Of a stretch of DNA of 64,000 nucleotides, positions 28,982 to 38,583 are shown piece after piece; position 1 is the first letter of the stretch, and each line of letters opens with the position of its first letter. Position numbers and translations under genes: made by a program. Where the stretch lies: the NCBI GenBank assembly GCA_903832855.1, contig CAILDB010000014.1, forward strand, positions 64,144 to 128,143, given 5' to 3'. A model generated the notes under the pieces. The model was not told the origin of the DNA and did not search any database. It saw only the letters and a program-made list of their open reading frames with translations. This DNA comes from an uncultured bacterium. GTDB taxonomy: Bacteria; Patescibacteriota; Minisyncoccia; Phycocordibacterales; GWA1-40-21.

Positions 28982-29750
28982 TCTCAAGAACATAGAACAA
29001 TACTACCCAGATGTTCAAAAGCCTTTCAAGAGGAATATTCTTCGTGAATATTTGCAGTACAAGATTCTTGAGATTATTTTCAATTCAAAGTATGCACAGG
29101 ACCTCATATTTCTTGGTGGTACCACTCTTAGAATCGTTTACAACAACTCTCGATTCTCCGAAGATCTAGATTTTGACAATTTAAAACTTACCGAAGAGCA
29201 ATTTGCTGATCTTGCAAATGAAGTAAAGAAAGGTCTTGAACTTCAGGGTTACGAGGTAGAAATAAAGAATGTATTCAAGGGAGCATACCGTTCATATATC
29301 AGAATGCCAAAGGTGTTGTTTGATAACGACATATCTGATATGCAAGAAGAAAAGATATTGATACAAATTGACACGGTTCCCCACGCCTTTGATTATAAGA
29401 AGGATGCAAAAATACTCAACAAGTTTGATGTCTTTACTCAGATATTCACCACGCCTATCGACATCCTACTCTCACAAAAGATTTATGCGGCGTTGAATCG
29501 TAAGCGAGCAAAGGGTCGTGATTTTTTTGATATTGTCTTTCTTATTCCGCAAACAAAGCCAAATTATGCATACCTCGAGGCAAAGCTAGAAGTTAAGAAT
29601 GCTGATGAATTAAAGAAGATATTACTCGAACAAACTGCTGATCTTGATTTCAATGAACTCGCCCAAGACATCGAGCCCTTCCTTATCAACTCAGAAGATA
29701 GTAAGAAGGTAAAAATGTTTAGGGAATATATTAACTCTATAAAATTTTAA
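28974..29750 (+). CDS. abiEii: Type IV TA toxin, AbiEii nucleotidyltransferase
   Basis: FLGGTTLR, RFSEDLDF, K..A..R.KGRDFFD; overlaps the antitoxin gene. Confidence 0.9.
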   Translation: MLSLKNIEQYYPDVQKPFKRNILREYLQYKILEIIFNSKYAQDLIFLGGTTLRIVYNNSRFSEDLDFDNLKLTEEQFADLANEVKKGLELQGYEVEIKNVFKGAYRSYIRMPKVLFDNDISDMQEEKILIQIDTVPHAFDYKKDAKILNKFDVFTQIFTTPIDILLSQKIYAALNRKRAKGRDFFDIVFLIPQTKPNYAYLEAKLEVKNADELKKILLEQTADLDFNELAQDIEPFLINSEDSKKVKMFREYINSIKF

Positions 29751-29812
29751 TTATATGCCACTATTTCTCTATTCTATTTTTTAGAAAGTTTTGGATCAGA
29801 TATAATACCCAA

Positions 29813-30331
29813 GTGATTAAAAATAAAGAAATAAAAGTTAATAATAAAATGCAGACTGGTTATAAGTATAATCTGACTGCCAGAGAGGGTAAGGATTTTG
29901 ACTCACGCTTCAAGCCAGCTCTCACACCAAAGCAAATGCTAGCTCTAGGTGTATTTGGTGGGCGTTATTTGCGTGATTGCTGGTCCGAATATCCAGCGAG
30001 TTGGTTTGTAAAAGCAAAGTTTTATCCAGAAAATCTCCCTGGTCATGACAAGAAATTAAATTATTTTGGAGTGGATGCTTCAATGCCACTTTTTGTCTGG
30101 AAGAAAAAGGGTTGGATAAAACCCCAAGATCCTCGTGGTTGGTTTGAATGGTATTGCCGATATTTCTTTGGTCGCCGAACTGCTGATGATGACAGACAGA
30201 TAAAACGCTTTCTGGCTATGCGCCGTCATGTTAGCCAGCTCAAAAAGAACTGCCGTCCCGGTGATATTTTTTGCCGTCCCCGTCAACGCCAAGCTCTTCT
30301 TCACTGGGCTTATGACACTCGGAAGATGTAG
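29813..30331 (+). CDS. Conserved hypothetical protein (DPRGWFEWYCRY..GRR..DD.RQI family)
   Basis: Motif-rich ORF: TPKQML.LGVFGG.Y, N.FGV.AS, RQRQALLHWAYD. Confidence 0.75.
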   Translation: MIKNKEIKVNNKMQTGYKYNLTAREGKDFDSRFKPALTPKQMLALGVFGGRYLRDCWSEYPASWFVKAKFYPENLPGHDKKLNYFGVDASMPLFVWKKKGWIKPQDPRGWFEWYCRYFFGRRTADDDRQIKRFLAMRRHVSQLKKNCRPGDIFCRPRQRQALLHWAYDTRKM

Positions 30332-30358
30332 CATATTTTTCTATGTTACAATAGTTGA

Positions 30359-30688
30359 ATGAAAACCAAAGAACTCTTCAGAAAAATCGTCAGAGACTGT
30401 GCGGATTGCGGTAAGAAAATGACCGTTTATATTTATGCTGATAAAAATAAAATAAATCGTGGCGGGCACTACTTTGGAAAAATTGGAATTTGCTCCAAAA
30501 AAGAGAAAGATAAGGAGTCAAAATCTGGTACTAAAAAATGGAAAATGGATGGTCACACATTTTACTCTTACAAATATGAAGCTAAACCCTATAAATATCT
30601 TGAGCACTGGGAATGCCCAACTTGCTATTGGGGGAGTAGAAATACTAAGTTTCCTCCTTGTAACACCTCAACGGCGTTTAGCCGTTAG
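30359..30688 (+). CDS. Small zinc-finger-like protein
   Basis: CADC...WECPTC. Confidence 0.6.
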   Translation: MKTKELFRKIVRDCADCGKKMTVYIYADKNKINRGGHYFGKIGICSKKEKDKESKSGTKKWKMDGHTFYSYKYEAKPYKYLEHWECPTCYWGSRNTKFPPCNTSTAFSR

Positions 30689-30738
30689 GTGTGGCCCTAA
30701 ATAGGGGTGTTTTTTGAAAGAACTTTTAATTTGTTAGT

Positions 30739-30776
30739 GCCATATTAAAAGTTAAGGCGTTAACTTTTAATATGGC
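30739..30776. repeat. 38-bp inverted repeat
   Basis: gccatattaaaagttaa-ggcg-ttaacttttaatatggc. Confidence 0.75.
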
Positions 30777-31090
30777 TTAAAATAAGGGCTAAATGTAGGT
30801 AAAAACATCTTTTTTAGCTTGTTTTTTGATACGAAGTATGTTATACTACTAGTAGTTCTTTAAAACTTAAGACGAGACATCAAATATCGAAGGTCCAACA
30901 ACACCTCTTTTGTAAATTTTACAAAAAAGATCGACTTGAGCCCAAAAGATAAAATATCTTCGATCACGTAACAGTTAAATTATTCAAAAAATATAAAACA
31001 AAAGACGAGACCGAAGCACGGCCTCGTCTTTTGTTTTATGAATATGTAAAAATAGTCGAGTTTACATTTTATTAGCAAAATTTAAAAACA

Positions 31091-31216
31091 ATGGCAAAGA
31101 CAAGTAAAAAAGTTGCTTCTCTTGCTTCCAAACTTCTTAAACGAGATCTTTCAAGAAAAAAAGAGAAGTCGGTTGCAGGAAGTGCATTAAGGCAGAGAGA
31201 AAAAAGAAGAAAATAA
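31091..31216 (+). CDS. 41-aa basic protein (not in ORF track)
   Basis: MAKTSKKVASLASKLLKRDLSRKKEKSVAGSALRQREKRRK. Confidence 0.6.
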   Translation: MAKTSKKVASLASKLLKRDLSRKKEKSVAGSALRQREKRRK

Positions 31217-31266
31217 CCGACGTGTTATTTTTGGGTCAATTTTATCAGATTAATTTAAAAAATAAT

Positions 31267-31563
31267 ATGGATAATAAAAATCAAATCCAAATTAGAGTAG
31301 ATGAAAGGGAAGCAAAGGGTGTTTATTCAAATGTTATGGAGATCAAAAGTTCCAAGGAAGAATTTTGCATAGATTTTCTTAATATTTTTCCTCCAATTGG
31401 TGCTTTGACCGCCAGGGTAATAATAAGTCCCGGACATCTTAAGAGAATGCTTAAGGTGCTTCAAAATACGGTCGTTGGTTATGAAAGTAAATTTGGCAAA
31501 ATAGACGAAGCGCAAGAACCTCCAAAATCTCAGATGGGTTTCCATACTGAACCAGGGGTGTAA
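31267..31563 (+). CDS. DUF3467-like protein
   Basis: GVYSN...EEFCIDF...ARVIISPGHLKR..YE.KFG.I. Confidence 0.78.
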   Translation: MDNKNQIQIRVDEREAKGVYSNVMEIKSSKEEFCIDFLNIFPPIGALTARVIISPGHLKRMLKVLQNTVVGYESKFGKIDEAQEPPKSQMGFHTEPGV

Positions 31564-31638
31564 TCCCTAAAAGGAACAAAAAACAGTTTGAAATTCCAAG
31601 CTGTTTTTTGTTACATTTTGTGCTACCATTTAAGAAAT

Positions 31639-32742
31639 ATGGCAAACAAAAATCTTACAAACGCCAAAAAAGCAAAGAATGACGAGTTTTATACTCAGTA
31701 TTCTGATATTCAAAAAGAGATTGCAGCATATTTAGAATACAACCCAGATGTATTTCGCAACAAGGTAGTGTATTGCAATTGCGACGATCCTTTTGAGAGC
31801 AATTTCTTTCGCTATTTTGTGCTTAATTTCAACAAGCTTGGATTGAAACAACTTATCACTACCAGCTACAAACCCTCGCCCGTAGCGAACACACAACTGG
31901 GTTTGTTTGGTGATGATAAAACTCTTTCAAAATCAAAAGGCCGTCCAAAAGTAACCGCGAATAAATTTATTATAAATGAAGTTCGTGACATAGACGGCGA
32001 AGGCGAGTTCAACTTGAAGGATGTTGCAATGCAATTAAAGACAAACAAACACAATGAATGGACACCTCTTGAGAAAGAGGGCGATTTTAAAAGTCCTGAG
32101 TGCGTAAAATTACTGGAGCAATCCGACATAGTGGTAACTAATCCGCCGTTCAGTCTAACTCACGAATATGTTAAGCAACTTTTTGATTATAATAAAAAAT
32201 TTGTAATTATCATTAATAAAAGTGCTGTAACATATAAAGAAATTTTCCCATTGATTAGAGACAATAAAATGTGGTCTGGAAAAACAGGATGGTCCGGTGG
32301 TTTATGGTTTGTAACAATGGATGTCGATGATGTAGATAAGGTGATTGGTGGTGTTAATATGAAAAATACAGCTTCTGCTTGGTTTACAAATCTAGACCAT
32401 GGAAGACGCCATCAACCAATTCCACTTATGACAATGAAGGAAAATTTAAAATACAGCAAGCACAAAGAAATTAAAGGCAAAAAAGCGTATGATAAATATG
32501 TAAATTACGAGGCTATAGAAGTGCCGTTTACTGATGCCATTCCAAGCGATTATGATGGTACAATGGGTGTGCCAATTAGTTTTCTGGATAAATATAATCC
32601 TGAACAGTTTGAAATTATTGGAATGGCAGAAGATAATGGCAAAGGTTTTTCTGGTGGAATTTGGGATGGTAAAAATCCACATTGTGTTATAAATGGAGAG
32701 AATAAATTTAAGAGAATATTTATAAGACATAAGAAGAGATAG
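31639..32742 (+). CDS. Adenine-specific DNA methyltransferase, EcoRI_methylase family
   Basis: AKKAKNDEFYT, YCNCDDP, GDF.S.EC, VVTNPPFS, MGVPISFLDKYNPEQF. Confidence 0.9.
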   Translation: MANKNLTNAKKAKNDEFYTQYSDIQKEIAAYLEYNPDVFRNKVVYCNCDDPFESNFFRYFVLNFNKLGLKQLITTSYKPSPVANTQLGLFGDDKTLSKSKGRPKVTANKFIINEVRDIDGEGEFNLKDVAMQLKTNKHNEWTPLEKEGDFKSPECVKLLEQSDIVVTNPPFSLTHEYVKQLFDYNKKFVIIINKSAVTYKEIFPLIRDNKMWSGKTGWSGGLWFVTMDVDDVDKVIGGVNMKNTASAWFTNLDHGRRHQPIPLMTMKENLKYSKHKEIKGKKAYDKYVNYEAIEVPFTDAIPSDYDGTMGVPISFLDKYNPEQFEIIGMAEDNGKGFSGGIWDGKNPHCVINGENKFKRIFIRHKKR

Positions 32743-32743
32743 T

Positions 32744-33532
32744 ATGAAAAAAATAAATGTAATTACTCAAGATAAAGATAAAGATTTTATAAAAACTTTT
32801 CTAGAAAAAGAGAAAATTAATTTTGAAATTTTTGACGAAGTTGAATATAGTAATTCAAATAAATTTTCAGATGAAATTAAAAATAACGACCTGAATTTTT
32901 TGAAGAAGGGTAATTTTAATGCTCAAATTTTTCAGTCAGTTGACGAAAATATTTCCACGAGACTTCTAATTCCTAATAGTTCTTCAGATAAGAAGGATTG
33001 GCAAAAAGAGTACGACCTTTATCACGAATTGGGGCATTATTATTCAATGGAAAAAGATTTAATATGTAAATATTATAGTTTTTTAGAAAATAATGCTGTT
33101 TTAAAGGGTGAATTATTTAATCTTCCTTTTGAAGTTGAAGCAGAAAAATATGTATTTGAAAAATATAAAGAATTTTTTGAAAAAAATGCAAATGAAGTTT
33201 ATTTAAAATATTTGAGTCAAATAGGTAATCAACTTTGCTTAATAAACGAGGAAACGATTAAAAATCATAGTAATTTTTATGGAATTTATGAAATAAGGTT
33301 GTTTAGATATAACTGTATTATTGAAAATATTTGTGATAATCAATGTGAATTTTACAAAAAACACAAGAATAATATTAATGAGATTAAAAATAGATTAGAA
33401 AGCAAGGGAAAATTATTTTTTGAAATAAATAAAAAGGTTGATGTATTAGACAACTCGCTAAAAGAAGATTTTTATAAAAATAATGATTTTGAAAAATATT
33501 CAAGTGAATGTAAATTAATTTATGAAAAATAA
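32744..33532 (+). CDS. Very AT-rich hypothetical protein with HExxH (HELGH...E.EA) motif
   Basis: YHELGHY and a downstream EVEAE, as in ImmA/IrrE-like zincins. Confidence 0.55.
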   Translation: MKKINVITQDKDKDFIKTFLEKEKINFEIFDEVEYSNSNKFSDEIKNNDLNFLKKGNFNAQIFQSVDENISTRLLIPNSSSDKKDWQKEYDLYHELGHYYSMEKDLICKYYSFLENNAVLKGELFNLPFEVEAEKYVFEKYKEFFEKNANEVYLKYLSQIGNQLCLINEETIKNHSNFYGIYEIRLFRYNCIIENICDNQCEFYKKHKNNINEIKNRLESKGKLFFEINKKVDVLDNSLKEDFYKNNDFEKYSSECKLIYEK

Positions 33533-33557
33533 AAATTAATAAATAAAAAGAAATATT

Positions 33558-34721
33558 ATGAAAACAACTTTAAAAAACAACATCACTGTCAAAGATATTT
33601 GCGAAGGGTTCGTCTATAACGAACTGGAGGGTAAGGGTCTATTTGGTTTATCTGGCAAGCTCACTATTCAGCCGGAATATCAGCGTAACTATATTTATGC
33701 GGAAGAAGGAAAAGAGTCGGCGGTTATTGATTCGATTTTAAAAGGGTATCCGCTTGGTTTGATTTACTTCCATAAAGTTAATAGCGATACTTTCGAAGTT
33801 TTAGATGGGCAACAGCGCATCACTAGTATCGGACGTTTTGTTAATGATAAATTTGCCATTAGGGATGAAAATGGGTTGCAACAAAATTTTAGCGGTATGG
33901 CAAAGGACAAAAAAATTAAGATTTGGGAGACGAAGTTACTAATTTACGAGTGCGAAGGTGAAGAAAGCGAGATAAAAGATTGGTTTAAAACGATTAATAT
34001 TGCTGGAATTCCACTTAGGAATCAGGAATTACTTAACGCAGTTTATTCTGGGCCGTTTGTTACATTAGCAAGAGAGGAATTCAGTAATCGTCAAAATGCG
34101 AACATTCAGAAATGGAGTGCGTATATATCAGGCAGTGCAAACCGTCAAGATTTTTTTGAGCGCGCACTTGAATGGGTAAGTAAAGGAAATATTGAGGGTT
34201 ATATGACACTTCATCGCCACGATAAAAACATCACTGAACTAAAGGAATATTTTAACAGTGTGGTTGATTGGGCTTCTTGTGTATTTACTGATGTGGAAAG
34301 CGAGATGCGCGGACTCGAGTGGGGAAGGTTATATGAGGAATATCATAAAAAATCATACAATCCAAAAAAAGTTTCAGAAGAGGTGCAAAAACTTTATGGC
34401 GATCCGTACATCAAAAATCGTAAAGGAGTATTTGAATATATTTTGGGGGGATCTAACGATACAAAATTGCTTGATGTCCGAGTATTTGACGATGCGACTA
34501 AAAATGTAGTGTATAAAAAACAGACCACTGAGGCTGAAAAGAAAGGGAAGTCAAACTGTTCACACTGTGCTATTGGACACGATGCTAACAAGAGTAAGAT
34601 TTGGAATTTGAGCGAAATGGATGCCGACCATGTAGCATCTTGGAGTAAGGGTGGAAAAACTTCTATAAAAAATTGTGAGATGTTGTGTAAGACACATAAT
34701 CGAGCAAAAGGAAATCGGTAA
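33558..34721 (+). CDS. DUF262 (GmrS-like) + HNH endonuclease
   Basis: PEYQRNY, LDGQQR, F..IN..G, C..C...ADH...C..HN..K. Confidence 0.88.
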   Translation: MKTTLKNNITVKDICEGFVYNELEGKGLFGLSGKLTIQPEYQRNYIYAEEGKESAVIDSILKGYPLGLIYFHKVNSDTFEVLDGQQRITSIGRFVNDKFAIRDENGLQQNFSGMAKDKKIKIWETKLLIYECEGEESEIKDWFKTINIAGIPLRNQELLNAVYSGPFVTLAREEFSNRQNANIQKWSAYISGSANRQDFFERALEWVSKGNIEGYMTLHRHDKNITELKEYFNSVVDWASCVFTDVESEMRGLEWGRLYEEYHKKSYNPKKVSEEVQKLYGDPYIKNRKGVFEYILGGSNDTKLLDVRVFDDATKNVVYKKQTTEAEKKGKSNCSHCAIGHDANKSKIWNLSEMDADHVASWSKGGKTSIKNCEMLCKTHNRAKGNR

Positions 34722-34803
34722 TAGAAAAAGTTGCAGTGGAAAATATATGGTTTAACAGAGGAAAGAATAATTTAATTTATAAAAAGAAGATATAATAAAC
34801 AAT

Positions 34804-35022
34804 ATGGAAAGAATGAATTTCAATCAAATATTTATTGTTCACTCTGATGGATCTATTGAACCACGTTTTCCCGTTCGAGTGGGTGGAGTATCTTTTGGCC
34901 CAGGCGTTCGATTCGGTAAAGGCGTATCTTTTTCCGGGATAGATTTCTCTCTTTTTATGGGTAAAGAATTTCAAGTTAGAAGAGAGGGACAAATTATAAA
35001 TATTTTAGGGGTTTATCAATAA
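34804..35022 (+). CDS. Small hypothetical protein
   Basis: 72-aa Gly-rich ORF packed against the next gene. Confidence 0.55.
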   Translation: MERMNFNQIFIVHSDGSIEPRFPVRVGGVSFGPGVRFGKGVSFSGIDFSLFMGKEFQVRREGQIINILGVYQ

Positions 35023-35026
35023 AAAT

Positions 35027-35371
35027 ATGAAAGATAACGAGGAGAATTTAATAAAAGAAAAATATTTTAAGGTTATTACCTTGGCAGTCACTGAAGCCAA
35101 AGCATATACTGATGAAAAATTAAAATCCATAAGTTGGCTAATGGTCGGTGTTGTTATAGTATGCTTTCTTGCTTTTATCCAACTTGTTGTTGATTCATTT
35201 CATGTTAATAACGCGACATATAGAGAATATTCACAGAAAACCGAAACAACTGAAATAACACAAAATACAAACAAAGTTTTATTAAAAAAAATTCAAGATT
35301 TGGCAGAACAGAATAATAAAAATCAGGAAATCATTATTGAATTACAAAAACAACTTTTAAACAAAAAATAA
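35027..35371 (+). CDS. Single-TM coiled-coil protein
   Basis: One hydrophobic helix followed by a heptad-rich tail. Confidence 0.6.
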   Translation: MKDNEENLIKEKYFKVITLAVTEAKAYTDEKLKSISWLMVGVVIVCFLAFIQLVVDSFHVNNATYREYSQKTETTEITQNTNKVLLKKIQDLAEQNNKNQEIIIELQKQLLNKK

Positions 35372-35374
35372 TTT

Positions 35375-36064
35375 ATGTTAGCTGCTATTTTTCAAGCATC
35401 ATATAATTCTTCATATGATAAAATAATCGGTGGTGTTCGTGGTACAGCATTTTTTGTTGACGGAAAAAAAGCCCTTACTGCGAATCATCTTCTTAATTTT
35501 AATAACTTCAAACCAAATGACGGTTTTTTATATTGTAAATTTTGGCTTCTACTAGAAAATGGTCAGATTTTAACAATTAAAAAGGATTATTTAAAAAGTC
35601 ACCCTGATGTTGATACAACTATAATTTGTTTTCCGGTAATGGTTTATAAAGATTCCTTAAATTTTAAAACTATCATTGCAAAAAGGGGCGATAAATTTAT
35701 TTTAAAAGGATTTTTAGCATCTGTTGAAGGAAACCCAAAACCCAAAATAACTTTGAGCTGGAATAATCAAGGAGAATTAATTGTAAGTAATTTTGATTTG
35801 AGTTTAATCATTTCTTTACAGGAAGGTTCTATTATAGAAGTAAAAAATATTTCTTTAGATAAACCCGATGTAAAAGTTGATAATAAGAAATATATAACAC
35901 TTTCATGTGGTGGAAGTAAGGGATTGTCGGGTGCGCCTTTAGTAAAATCTGATACTGGTGAAATTATGGGTCTTATGTCTTATGGACTACCTGAAGATGT
36001 AACTTATAAGAAAGAATTATTTGCAATATCAATTGATGAAATAGAAAAAGAAATATTTAAATAA
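35375..36064 (+). CDS. Trypsin-like serine protease
   Basis: GTAFFV, LTANH, D, KGLSGAPLV. Confidence 0.75.
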   Translation: MLAAIFQASYNSSYDKIIGGVRGTAFFVDGKKALTANHLLNFNNFKPNDGFLYCKFWLLLENGQILTIKKDYLKSHPDVDTTIICFPVMVYKDSLNFKTIIAKRGDKFILKGFLASVEGNPKPKITLSWNNQGELIVSNFDLSLIISLQEGSIIEVKNISLDKPDVKVDNKKYITLSCGGSKGLSGAPLVKSDTGEIMGLMSYGLPEDVTYKKELFAISIDEIEKEIFK

Positions 36065-36188
36065 AATAAATAATAATGCAGAAGTTGGATAGAACGAAAT
36101 ATATTAGTGGAAAAAATCTTGGCGAAAACGGGGTCAGAAAAATGGGTTCAGCCACTATTTATTTCAAAGAAAAAATAATAATTAAAAA

Positions 36189-36638
36189 ATGTCTCATCAT
36201 AACGGGAACAATCTTCCACTTATAATTGTTTTGTGCATTTTATTCCCAGGGCTTGCTATGGCTGTGGGTGCTGGCTTTATTTTTCTTTGGATACTTAAAA
36301 TACTTTTCTATGTTTTGCTTATAATTATTTATCTCATCTACACTTACTTTTGGCCAGTCCTTATAGTTGCTGTGGTTATTTTCTTTTTCTATGCTTTAAG
36401 AAAGAAGCAGATTCCAAAAACAACAGATAAAAAAAAGGATAGTAGGGAATTAATAGAGTCAGATAAATATGTGGCAGAGGACTATTCTTGGGGTGAAAAA
36501 AGTAGTGAGGATGAAGAGATTTATGATCTGATGGAAAATCATAATCTTGATCGTGATGAAGCAGAACATGTAAAAGAAATTATGGACGATGAAGGTCTTG
36601 ATGAAGATGAAGCGGTAGAATTGAAGGATGAATTATAG
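36189..36638 (+). CDS. Membrane protein with acidic C-terminal repeats
   Basis: Hydrophobic N-half; LD.DEA..xK repeated. Confidence 0.6.
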   Translation: MSHHNGNNLPLIIVLCILFPGLAMAVGAGFIFLWILKILFYVLLIIIYLIYTYFWPVLIVAVVIFFFYALRKKQIPKTTDKKKDSRELIESDKYVAEDYSWGEKSSEDEEIYDLMENHNLDRDEAEHVKEIMDDEGLDEDEAVELKDEL

Positions 36639-36683
36639 GGACGACGAGGTGGGGAGGGTTTTGGGAAAAGAGGGGAAAAGATA

Positions 36684-36715
36684 AGATGGATTCCGTTCTT
36701 CAACGGAATGACAGA
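36684..36715. repeat. Family A palindrome (identical 32 bp to 43597-43628 inside argS)
   Basis: agatggattccgttcttcaacggaatgacaga. Confidence 0.88.
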
Positions 36716-36883
36716 AAAAAGCGTGAATTTGGGCTGTTTTAAGACCAAATTCACGCTAAATCAGGTTTAAATAAGGTTTTAAATGCGGAATTGCAAGATA
36801 GTGCACTTTACTTACACTAATAGTAACTAAGTGTTAAGATAGTTACTATTGAAGTTGGTAATATTAACTAACTTACAAAAATT

Positions 36884-37174
36884 ATGGAATTAGGTAAATT
36901 TATACAACAAAATAGCGAACCAAAAGAGAAAGAAAAAATCAAAATGTTTATTTGTGGGGAATGCAAGACAGCGTCAGATGTTTGTTATGATAGTAAGGGA
37001 GGATATTGTCATGAGGATATTTACTGTTGCCAAAAATGTAAAAGTTATTTTGTTGTTGGTGCAATTTGTGACAAATGTAATAGTACGCATAGCCGATCAT
37101 ATGGGTGTAATAACTCGAAATGTGATTGTGAGGACTATCATTACAATCACGAAACAGAAGAGGTCGAAGTATAA
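36884..37174 (+). CDS. Cys-rich small protein
   Basis: Multiple CxxC motifs. Confidence 0.55.
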   Translation: MELGKFIQQNSEPKEKEKIKMFICGECKTASDVCYDSKGGYCHEDIYCCQKCKSYFVVGAICDKCNSTHSRSYGCNNSKCDCEDYHYNHETEEVEV

Positions 37175-37200
37175 CAAAAGGATGAATAAAATTAAACAAA

Positions 37201-37383
37201 ATGCCACAAACAAAAAAGGGTGAAAAAATAGAGAAGGCGATGGAGAAAGAATATGGGGCAAAACGAGGGGAGAGAATTTATTATGCTTCAATAGTTAAAG
37301 GAAAGATTAAAGGAGTGGAAGGCAAGGGGGGAACTGGTAAACTAGCCAAAGCGAAAAGAACTTATAAAAAACACCATAATTAA
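37201..37383 (+). CDS. Small basic protein (MPxTKKG..I..AM.K.YG.K.G...YAS type)
   Basis: Resembles small phage-type basic proteins (recalled, not searched). Confidence 0.6.
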   Translation: MPQTKKGEKIEKAMEKEYGAKRGERIYYASIVKGKIKGVEGKGGTGKLAKAKRTYKKHHN

Positions 37384-37453
37384 AGGGTTTTTCGGGATTT
37401 TGTTGACAATCGCTTGACAATTGAATACAGATTGGTTTACAATAGGGTTGCTT

Positions 37454-38509
37454 ATGAAAAACAAAGAAAAAATATTAGATATAATAAGACAGCAGGGGAA
37501 GACGACTTCTTCGGAAATTACTTCAAGACTTAACATTTCTCGTCAATATGTGAATTTGGTTATTTCCGAACTTATTGCGGAGAAACAGGTCTTAAAAATT
37601 GGCGGGACCCGAAATGCTTTCTATGTGTCTCTTTTATTTGTTAAGGAACATCCAGAGATACTTCCCTCCATATTTAAAAAAACATTTAAGAATCAATTGC
37701 TTGAAGAGCACGAGGTAATAGTTGAGATTGAAGAAAAGTTTCCGCAAATCCTTAATTTACCGGAAAATGTCCGAAGTATTTTTATTTTTGCTTTTTCTGA
37801 AATGTTTAATAATGCGATTGAACACTCTCAATCAAAAAATATATCAATTGAAGTTGCTATAAGAGATGGCAAACTTTCTTTTATGGTTTTGGATTCAGGT
37901 GTTGGTGCCTTTAGAAATATTATGAAAAAGAAAGGGTTACATTCAGAAGTTGAAGCGGTCCAAGATTTATTAAAAGGAAAGACAACGACTATGCCAAAGT
38001 CACATTCTGGCGAAGGTATATTTTTTACATCAAAATCTGCCGACCTGTTTATTTTAGATAGTTTCGGATATCAATTGGCGCTGAATACAAAAGTAGAAAA
38101 TGTCGCAATTAAAAATGTATCTATTATAAAGAGAGGTACAAAAGTGATATTTGAGATTGACGCGAACTCAGAAAGGCATCTCAACCAGGTATTCAAAAAA
38201 TATACAAATCTATCCGAGGAAAGTGATTATGGTTTTGATAAAACGGAAATACGGGTAAAGCTATACACTATGGGAGGAGTTCATATATCACGCTCGCAAG
38301 CACGCAGAATCCTTTCTGGACTAGAAAAATTTAAAATTATTTTATTAGATTTTGAAAATGTTCCAGTTGTTGGGCAGGCTTTTGCCGATGAGGTATACAG
38401 AGTTTTTCATTACAAATATCCCGACATCAAAATTGAGGAGAAAAATATGTCTGAGGGAGTTCGATTTATGATAGAACGGGCAAAAAATGAGGCAAAAAAC
38501 AACAACTAG
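37454..38509 (+). CDS. wHTH + HATPase + DUF4325 (STAS-like) protein
   Basis: ISRQYV HTH; EMFNNAIEHS, D.GVG, HSGEGIFF; SRSQA, LDF..V..VGQAFADE. Confidence 0.85.
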   Translation: MKNKEKILDIIRQQGKTTSSEITSRLNISRQYVNLVISELIAEKQVLKIGGTRNAFYVSLLFVKEHPEILPSIFKKTFKNQLLEEHEVIVEIEEKFPQILNLPENVRSIFIFAFSEMFNNAIEHSQSKNISIEVAIRDGKLSFMVLDSGVGAFRNIMKKKGLHSEVEAVQDLLKGKTTTMPKSHSGEGIFFTSKSADLFILDSFGYQLALNTKVENVAIKNVSIIKRGTKVIFEIDANSERHLNQVFKKYTNLSEESDYGFDKTEIRVKLYTMGGVHISRSQARRILSGLEKFKIILLDFENVPVVGQAFADEVYRVFHYKYPDIKIEEKNMSEGVRFMIERAKNEAKNNN

Positions 38510-38583
38510 TTCCAAAATAGAACTAGTTCAAATTTTAGTTTTGGTTCTTTGAACTATAATTCTTCTTCGTCTATAATGAATAG

